Position numbers and translations under genes: made by a program. Positions 56,212 through 64,000 of a DNA stretch of 64,000 nt are shown piece after piece (position 1 is the stretch's first letter; each line of letters begins with the position of its first letter). The stretch comes from a virus (taxonomy: Duplodnaviria; Caudoviricetes), in the IMG/VR virus record IMGVR_UViG_3300028886_000055, positions 64,001-128,000 of that record; one strand, written 5' to 3'. The notes beneath the pieces are model-generated. The model saw nothing but the letters and a program-made list of their open reading frames with translations, made no database searches and was not told the DNA's origin.

Positions 56212-56913
56212 ATGCCAAAATTAAACATTACTGAAGTAGAGAATGATCCAGAAGTTAAGTTAGTTACTGATCCTAATGAATGGGAACATAGATGTGGTAG
56301 TTGTGATAATTTCTGTGATCCTTATGAAGGATATTCTGAATGGGCAGTATGTAAATGTCCGTTTGAAGGTAAAGTTCTTGCCGATACTGATTATAGAAAG
56401 TTTAATTGTAAAAAATATTGGTCATGAATATTGGAGATTATGTTAGATTTAAAGATAGTAATCATATCTACAGAGTTAGACGAGACGGTATAGCAGTAAG
56501 ACCTGTTATTGGTATAAAACGCACTGCTATTCTTGACATAGACGAATTTGAACTCGTAGATGAACCACCTTATGTGATCGTTTATGAAGTTGCTGGTAAA
56601 TTATTTGTAAGTAAGAATGATGCACTTCAATATGGTGAACCTATAGAACGTAAAGTATATGGATAAGGTTTATATTGTAATTTGGGAAGCTAATGAAGGA
56701 ACTTCTTATGTTTGGCATATAGTTGGCTGTTATAAAAGTCATAACGATGCTAAATTCTGTATGAATACGTGTGCAGAAATATATCTTGAATCAAGTACAG
56801 ATAATGTCACTATTATAAATTCGGATAATCAGATTCTAATAAATTTCGATGACAAGAATCATTTCCAAAAAATTCATTTAGAAGAAATAATTTGTTATGG
56901 CAGCAATAGATAG
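56212..56913 (+). CDS. three small overlapping hypothetical genes (56212-56427, 56418-56666, 56659-56913)
   Basis: ORF track; tight overlaps. Confidence 0.6.
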
Positions 56914-57685
56914 AATTTATCTCAAGAAAGACGATTATTTGGCATTCAAGGAGTGGTGTAAAAACCAACCACCACTTCATGACAAGTATGGAAAGGAAAT
57001 ACATATCACTGACTATTTGTGGTATATAGATGACGATACCTGGAGGGACGGAGACAATACCCGCCCTGTGATGAATGCTCCATGTTATGTTGATGCATAC
57101 ATCATTCGTAACTGCCCAATTAAAGGTGTACAAGAAGATCTTATGCTCAATTATGGGCACTGGTCACAGGAACGAATTCGTGATTTTTATGAAAGTGTAA
57201 AGAATTATGACCCTGATAAAGATGGTTCACCGTACTGGGCTAAACTTGAGGATTTCATCTTCAATGAGGACGGCACAATGACAATTAAAGGTCTTGAAAA
57301 ATCTTCTTATGAGGAAATTATTGATGGTGAATTATATACTTTACCATACCGCACTAATGTAGAGTATGGAACTCATTTCCGACTAACTAAATCACCAAAT
57401 GGAAGAAAAACCATTCCATTTGAACGTCCATTAAGAGGAAATTGGTGGGTACATGTAGAAAATGCAAATAATAAATATGATTTCATGTGGTATAATAAAG
57501 ATACTGACACATGGGATTTCGGAGATGAATTTGTTATTTCAAAATGGAAATCAGATACTGCATATGTAAAAACAATAACTGCACTAAAAAGAAAAATAAG
57601 AAAGTGGCGACTTCCCATTGGAACTAAAGTAATTGCTACTGGAAGATATGTTAGTGAGGAATATGAATTTGTAGTAACAAAATAA
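56897..57685 (+). CDS. hypothetical protein
   Basis: ORF track, 262 aa. Confidence 0.8.
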   Translation: MAAIDRIYLKKDDYLAFKEWCKNQPPLHDKYGKEIHITDYLWYIDDDTWRDGDNTRPVMNAPCYVDAYIIRNCPIKGVQEDLMLNYGHWSQERIRDFYESVKNYDPDKDGSPYWAKLEDFIFNEDGTMTIKGLEKSSYEEIIDGELYTLPYRTNVEYGTHFRLTKSPNGRKTIPFERPLRGNWWVHVENANNKYDFMWYNKDTDTWDFGDEFVISKWKSDTAYVKTITALKRKIRKWRLPIGTKVIATGRYVSEEYEFVVTK

Positions 57686-58223
57686 TGTCAAGAACATATA
57701 ATAAAAACGTAAGAGTTGGTATTGCTGGAGGTTCTAATACTGAGTATTATCGAAGCAGGAATCGTCAATCTAGAAGAAAGAATAAGAAACATTTAAAGTA
57801 TATTAGTTCTCAGTATGACGATAATGAAATTCAAGAAAATCTTGAGTTTGAAAAATTACCTAAAGATCATTGGGATGAACCTACTGATGGAATAGTTACA
57901 TATAGAAAGAAGCAATTGGATTTATTGCTTGAAATTGAAAACGACAACTATTTCAAAAAATGGTATAGAAAGCTATTAAGAAGATTTAAGAAATAATAAA
58001 TATGATAAGAAGACGTGCTACAGTCGACGACCTTCAAAAAGAATATTGGCTAAGACAACGTAAATATATTATTTGGAGAACTAAAGATGGGAAAGACATT
58101 CCTATTGATAAGTTAACTGATGAACATCTAGAAAATATTCTTAAAATGTTAAATAAATCTTCATTTGAACAAACTTACATTCCAGAAGATTTAATTGGAG
58201 ATTACGAAGATGCGATGGGATAA
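57685..58223 (+). CDS. two hypothetical genes (57685-57996, 58002-58223)
   Basis: ORF track; terminator hairpin at 58246-58283. Confidence 0.65.
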
Positions 58224-58429
58224 CAATTGTTTTCATAATTAACGTTAGAGGATTGGACTATTGGTTCAATCCTCTATTTTTTATTAGTATACTATGAAAG
58301 TAATTAAACGAAAAGCAAAAGGCAAACTTAAAGAATTTATTGATAATCTTGATGTAAATTCAGAAAGTTATATAAAAACTAGAGATGAAATGTTAGCAAT
58401 TGCTAAAGAAGAAGATTTAAAAATTAGCA

Positions 58430-59245
58430 ATGATGATCCAAACGAAGAATAAATACGATGCTTTTATGAAAGCAAAACGAGTTATTGAGAGTTGTAAGAC
58501 TTACGCTCAATTAGTAAATGCAAGAAAATACTATCGTCTATTTGAGGATATGTATCAGGATACGTTTTTAAGTTCTGAATTAAATACTATTTTCTTTAAC
58601 AAGGTAGATCTCGTTGACTGAAAATTATTGTTTAATTGTATTTGGAATCAAATATAGTATTTAAATTTTTACCAAAGAATATGAATAAGATTATCTTACT
58701 AGTGCTTACTGCCTTGATTATGGTAGGATGCGATAACAAAACCGACGCTAAGAAAATAGAAGAAGCAAACCGTTTAAATGGGTTCAATATTGTTGTTATA
58801 GACAGTTGTGAGTATCTTATAAAGACAAGGGCGATGGGGTATCAAGGATTTGGCTATTTTGCTCACAAAGGCAACTGCCGATTCTGTGCAGAGCGCAGAA
58901 AACAAGAGTTGGAATCATTGATTGAACAAATAAAAGGAAAAAGGTATGAAAGCAAGGATAAAGAAAACAGGTGAAATTGTTAATCTAGCGTCATACGCAA
59001 CGATTACGCTTGAACAACATGACTCTTGGGGCAATCCAATAGATGTTAAGCCAGAGGAGATTGAACTTATTCAAGAACTCACCGAAGATGAACATTGGCA
59101 AGATGTCAGAGAGCGTGCTGTTATTGCGGCTATGCAAGGAGTTATGAACTTCTTTGGGTCTATTGACTATAACAAGGAGACAATAGCAAAGCTTGCTATC
59201 GAGCAGGCTGATGCGTTAATAAAAGAACTAAGAAAGGAGAAATAA
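58430..59245 (+). CDS. three small hypothetical genes including a lipoprotein (58681-58974)
   Basis: ORF track; MVGC lipobox. Confidence 0.65.
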
Positions 59246-59487
59246 CTATGGAAATACATGGGATGTTAGCATACGCGATTTGTGCACTTATTATGTTTTC
59301 GTGTATATACACATCACTTGCTTTAATAACAAGTGCAATAGAACATTTAAGAGAGTTTTGGACTAAACTTAAAAAAAAGAAATAACTATGGCAACAATAA
59401 AATCATACACTAACATAGAGCAAAGCAAGAAGTTGGCGGAGATATTGCCGGTAATAAAATTTACGTAGCTGTTGAATAAAACTTTTT

Positions 59488-60564
59488 GTGATTATGGATA
59501 ATAGTCAGTTTGATAACTCGGATATTAAACCTAAAAAGACCGAAACAGTTTATACTTGTGACAACTGTCCTCATGCGGGAAATTTAATGTGTTGTCATAA
59601 TTGTCCTAATTTCTCAAACTTTGTTGATGATGAAAGTATTGTCAACAGAACAAAAGCCCAAAGATACGATGAGGTTGTAAAGAAAGTAAAGGACTATTAT
59701 GAAGGGAAGACAAAAATGTATTCTGATGTTAAACAAACATTGGATTTACTTTTCCCCGAGTTCAAAGAGAAAGATAGCGAGGACGATAGAGCAAGAAAAG
59801 CAATTCTTGCTGGACTTATTGATTGTAGAGACGCCCCAGATTTGGGGTGGAGCGATTTTGGCGGCATTAATATTGATGAATGTATTGCTTGGCTCGAAAA
59901 GCAATGCGAGCAGAAACCTTACGGACAAAGAAAAGAATGCGAAGATTGTCAATTTAACTATGCTGGCGAGTACAAAGGTCATTGTCAGATGAAAAAAGAT
60001 GAGCAAAAGCCTACGGATAATGTTGAACCAAAGTTTAAGGTCGGTGATTGGGTGGTATATGACCACAGACCTTACCAAGTCGTAGAACTTCCAAAAGAAG
60101 GTTATATTAATTTAGGTTTAAGAAGAAATGGAAAAGTCGAATTTGCACCCTCCCCTTATTGCAGACATTGGACTATCGCTGACGCAAAGGACGGCGATGT
60201 GCTTGTCGCTTCTGATGGTTCAATCTTTCTTTTTGCGGGCGTTGATGATTGTGCTTGTAAGTATTATGTCGCACTCAACTATGTCAAAATCAATATCAAT
60301 AAAGAAGCAAAAGGTGGATATTGGGAAACATCAAGAGCAGTACATCCAGCCACCAAAGAACAGCGCGATACTTTGATAGAAGCAATGACTAATGCTGGAT
60401 ATACCTTTGACTTTGAGAAGAAAGAGTTAAAGAAGGCTGAATCCAAGACACTTGACCCCGACAAGGTGATTGAGTGGTTAAACGACCAAGCATGTCAGGG
60501 TTGGATTGAAGATGTTGAAGTTGATAAATTCGTAAATAAATTTAAAAGAGATTTCGGGATATGA
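59488..60564 (+). CDS. mosaic Bacteroidetes phage hypothetical protein
   Basis: PKFKVGDWV, WTIADAKDGDVL, PATKEQRD motifs. Confidence 0.8.
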   Translation: MIMDNSQFDNSDIKPKKTETVYTCDNCPHAGNLMCCHNCPNFSNFVDDESIVNRTKAQRYDEVVKKVKDYYEGKTKMYSDVKQTLDLLFPEFKEKDSEDDRARKAILAGLIDCRDAPDLGWSDFGGINIDECIAWLEKQCEQKPYGQRKECEDCQFNYAGEYKGHCQMKKDEQKPTDNVEPKFKVGDWVVYDHRPYQVVELPKEGYINLGLRRNGKVEFAPSPYCRHWTIADAKDGDVLVASDGSIFLFAGVDDCACKYYVALNYVKININKEAKGGYWETSRAVHPATKEQRDTLIEAMTNAGYTFDFEKKELKKAESKTLDPDKVIEWLNDQACQGWIEDVEVDKFVNKFKRDFGI

Positions 60565-62006
60565 TAACTGAAGATTACTGCTCGTATGAGGTAGCCAAAC
60601 TCCTTAAAGAAAATGGGTTCTCGATGGGTGAGCATTTATTTATGTATGTCAACAAAGATGGCAAACTAATGACTGACCATCAAGCATGTCTGACTATGAC
60701 TAACGAGGAATATGGAACATTTTTTGATGACTATATCCCAACTGTCACACAAGCACTTGCAATGAAGTGGTTAAGAGAAGAGCAAGGCATTGTGATTACA
60801 ATTGATTATAATGAAGACGAAGATTGTGAAGACAATGAAAAGTATGGATTTACAGTCTATCGTAAAAACAAAAGAGAAATAGATTTAGCAACATTCCCTA
60901 CTTATGAAGAAGCAGTAGATGCTGCATTAAAATGGTGTCCAACCGAATTATTTTAAAAAAAATTATGGAAAAAGAAATGAAAATTATTCCACCTGAGGGA
61001 TATGAAATTGATAAAGAGAATAGTACTTTTGAATGTATAAAGTTTAAACCAGTTATTAAAAGATGGAGAGATGATTCAAAAGCAAAAATTACAGGTTATT
61101 ATATGATGGATAACAAATTAGCTCCATTTAGAGGAGATAATGTAAAATGTAATTTCAATGTTTTTGCTACTAAAGAGTTAGCTAAATCAGCACTAGCAAT
61201 GGCAAGAATCAGCCAAATTATGGCAAATGATGAAAGATTTGGAGGTCCTGTAACTGATAATGAATGGAATAATTCTGATCTTGCAAAATATACTATTTTT
61301 AGAGAGGTAAATCATATTGAACGAGGCACTAATTTTTCATTATATCGCTTTTTATCGTTTCATGCAGTATATCAACGTGATTTGTTTCTTGAAGAAAATG
61401 AAGATTTAATCAAGGATTATTTAATGATGAATTGATGGAAGCAAAAGACTTGATGATAGATGACTGGGCCGCTTGTGAAGGCAAGAACGGTAAGGTCAAA
61501 GAACTACGTGAACACAAGCTGTCATTGAAAACCGAAAACTCGGTGATGATAGTTTACTACAACAATGTTAAACCTATTCCTATCACACCCGAAATCTTGG
61601 AGAAGAACTTTACATACGACTCATTCGGGTTTTTTTATTTCTTTGGTGATACTTACCTTGATATAAAGGAATATACCGATGGTTTATGGCAGGTGAAAGT
61701 TGACGAAATAATGAGTAGTTTGCCGGCATGGAGAATGTTCGTTATTAATGTCCATGAACTTCAGCATGCTCTACGGTTGGCTGGGATTGACAAGGAGATA
61801 ACTATCTAACTATGGAATTTTCAACAGACATTAACGATAAGAAGATAGACCTTTGTTTCTACGAAGATGGTCACAAGGTCAGCGATTTTAGCCTGACAAA
61901 GGACGAGACTTTTGCATTACTCAAAAAACTCATGATTGCAATATGCCGCTACGATGGTTGTGAAGTTATCACTTTCAGAGTATCCAAACTTGAAAAGGAA
62001 GATTAA
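60561..62006 (+). CDS. four hypothetical genes (60561-60956, 60965-61435, 61432-61809, 61812-62006)
   Basis: ORF track; overlapping start/stop codons. Confidence 0.7.
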
Positions 62007-62097
62007 GATATGTTTATTGATGGTGAAAATGGCGAAAACTTTATGACAGTGCTAGGATTTTCAGGATATGGTATAGCAAGATTAAAAAGGTAAAACT

Positions 62098-63640
62098 ATG
62101 ACAAAGGAAGACTTTATTAAAATTAGCGAAGATACTATTCATTGTGATGAATGTGCATTTTTCGAAGATTGCGAAAATAGATTTACGCAATGTGTTGCAA
62201 ATTATCAACATGAAGGAAAACCTGTTCATTTAAAGTCTTGCGAATATTTACAATGGAACACAATGTCTGATGAATCAAAGGCATTTTTCTTGCAGGAGTG
62301 CTTACCACATGAATATAAATTATGACAGGAGAAGAAAGAAGAAAAAGGCTTATTGAGAAGATTGTTAATAAACTCGATTCACGATATGTCACAATAGATA
62401 TGTTAGAACGAATTTATAATATTGTCAATAACGCATGATACAAAATAGACAATAACGATGAAATATAAATTAATATCAGAGACCTTTTATGATGAAGAAG
62501 AATATACTGTCTATAAGGTACTTTGTAAAAAACGTTGGTATCTTCCATGGAAAGGTATTGGACTTGATGGGAGCTTGCATTGTTATGCTGAACTACATGA
62601 ATGGTATAATTCTAAAGAAGATGCAATTAATGCTCTAAAGAAAGCGTTAAAGGAAATTGAAATTCAAGAAAATTATCCAATAATAAAAGAAGAAGAGATT
62701 GAACTATGACTCAAAATGAGAAGGAGCTAGCTGAATGGTTCTTTGATCTCGTTGGTTATTTTAACCATTACGAATTTTTCACAAAAAGATTGTGGAAAAA
62801 AGTAAAAGGATTTGAACGAGAAGATGAAGCAGAAATAAAATGTATGTTTATGCATTATTGGTTTCATCACAAATTTGATTATTATACTTGTCCATGTGGT
62901 AGTAGCTGGTTTACTGTAGTTGATAAAGAGTCTTATGATAATTATATAACAAGATATAAACCTATAATAGGTGCGTTTGAAATATGGATAATAGAGCAAA
63001 GATGACAAATCAACTTAAAAAATACCTTGAATGGAGATGCCGAATGAATTGGCATACAAAATATAGACATCTTATAGATAAATGGATAGATAATGTATTG
63101 CCATATCAATGTGAATATTTTGAAAGAGAAATGAACAATTTAATTAATAGAGGAATTTATAATCCATAAAATATGACACAAGAAGATAAACAACTGCTTT
63201 TGGTAGACCTTTGCGCAAGGTTACCGTATGGAGTTATTGGTGTAGTTAAACACTATGATGAAGTGGATGACAGTCCAGCAGATGTTTTAGGTACTCTTCA
63301 AGGGTTTGATAATAATTCTAAAGAAATTAAATTCGTATATTTGCCAGATTATACCGATGATGTCGGTGCCTATAATTGGTTTAGTTATATACGTTTTAAA
63401 CCCTACCTCCGTCCTCTTTCATCAATGTCTGACGAAGAATACGAAGAGTTTGGGGCCACTAGGCTTGAGCATCAGCTCAAATGCCTTGAGATTGACGAGA
63501 AGCGAAAGGCGTTCGAGGCAGGAATAAAGTTTGATGCTGAGGACCTTGAGTACCTATATTCACACCATTACGATATCCGTGGACTTATTCCTAAAGGTCT
63601 TGCGTTAAGTACAGAAGAATTTAATCCCTATAAAGATTGA
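62098..63640 (+). CDS. run of small hypothetical genes (62098-62325, 62458-62709, 62706-63005, 63002-63169, 63173-63640)
   Basis: ORF track; DLCARLPYG...KPYLRPLSSM in the last gene. Confidence 0.7.
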
Positions 63641-64000
63641 AATTATGAAAAAGATATTATTTTATTTAAACACTATCATTATGCTGCCGTTCTTTCTTAT
63701 AGGAAAATGTTTCTATGGAATGGCGATTGCCTGCAATTGGATTATGGATAAGATTGATTTTCGTTTAAATCTTATTAATGACTAAAAAATGACAGTCAAA
63801 GAATTAAAAGACATTTTATCCAAATTACAAGATGATATAGAAATAAAAATTGGATATGGTCCTAAATCTTATCCAATAAAATTTGTAATGGCGGATATCG
63901 AATGCGTTGTTTTGTGTAATAGAGTTTATAAAGCAAACCCCGAAATAGAACTACTTAAAACATTAGCGATATATGGAAAACGAGAAATTCATAGAGCCAA

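Overview
This window is an AT-rich segment of a Bacteroidetes-infecting crAss-like (Crassvirales-type) phage that reads TAG as Gln. The supplied ORF track is therefore badly fragmented, and I re-translated many genes by hand. Bases 1-33.4 kb are mostly minus-strand late genes: tail/fibre proteins, holins, portal, terminase, GroES, an exonuclease, a short plus-strand lysozyme/NlpC-P60 cassette, and an amber-suppressor tRNA(CUA). Bases 33.7-64 kb are plus-strand early/accessory genes with about 12 tRNA genes or tRNA-like elements, a twister ribozyme and a probable HDV-like ribozyme. The most unusual biology is a set of selfish elements on tRNA genes. Group I introns interrupt tRNA-Lys(UUU) and tRNA-Leu(UAA), and in the latter an HNH ORF reads straight through the ribozyme core. 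A non-intron cassette splits a resident tRNA at its anticodon arm and brings in an atypical tRNA-Arg(UCU) plus an HNH nuclease that needs TAG read-through. A family of recoded proteins shares an M(Q/R)IKKYQ leader fused to different effector domains (kinase, peptidase-like, unknown), and one gene carries a DGR-like variable region. All calls are by eye; no database searches or folding programs were run.
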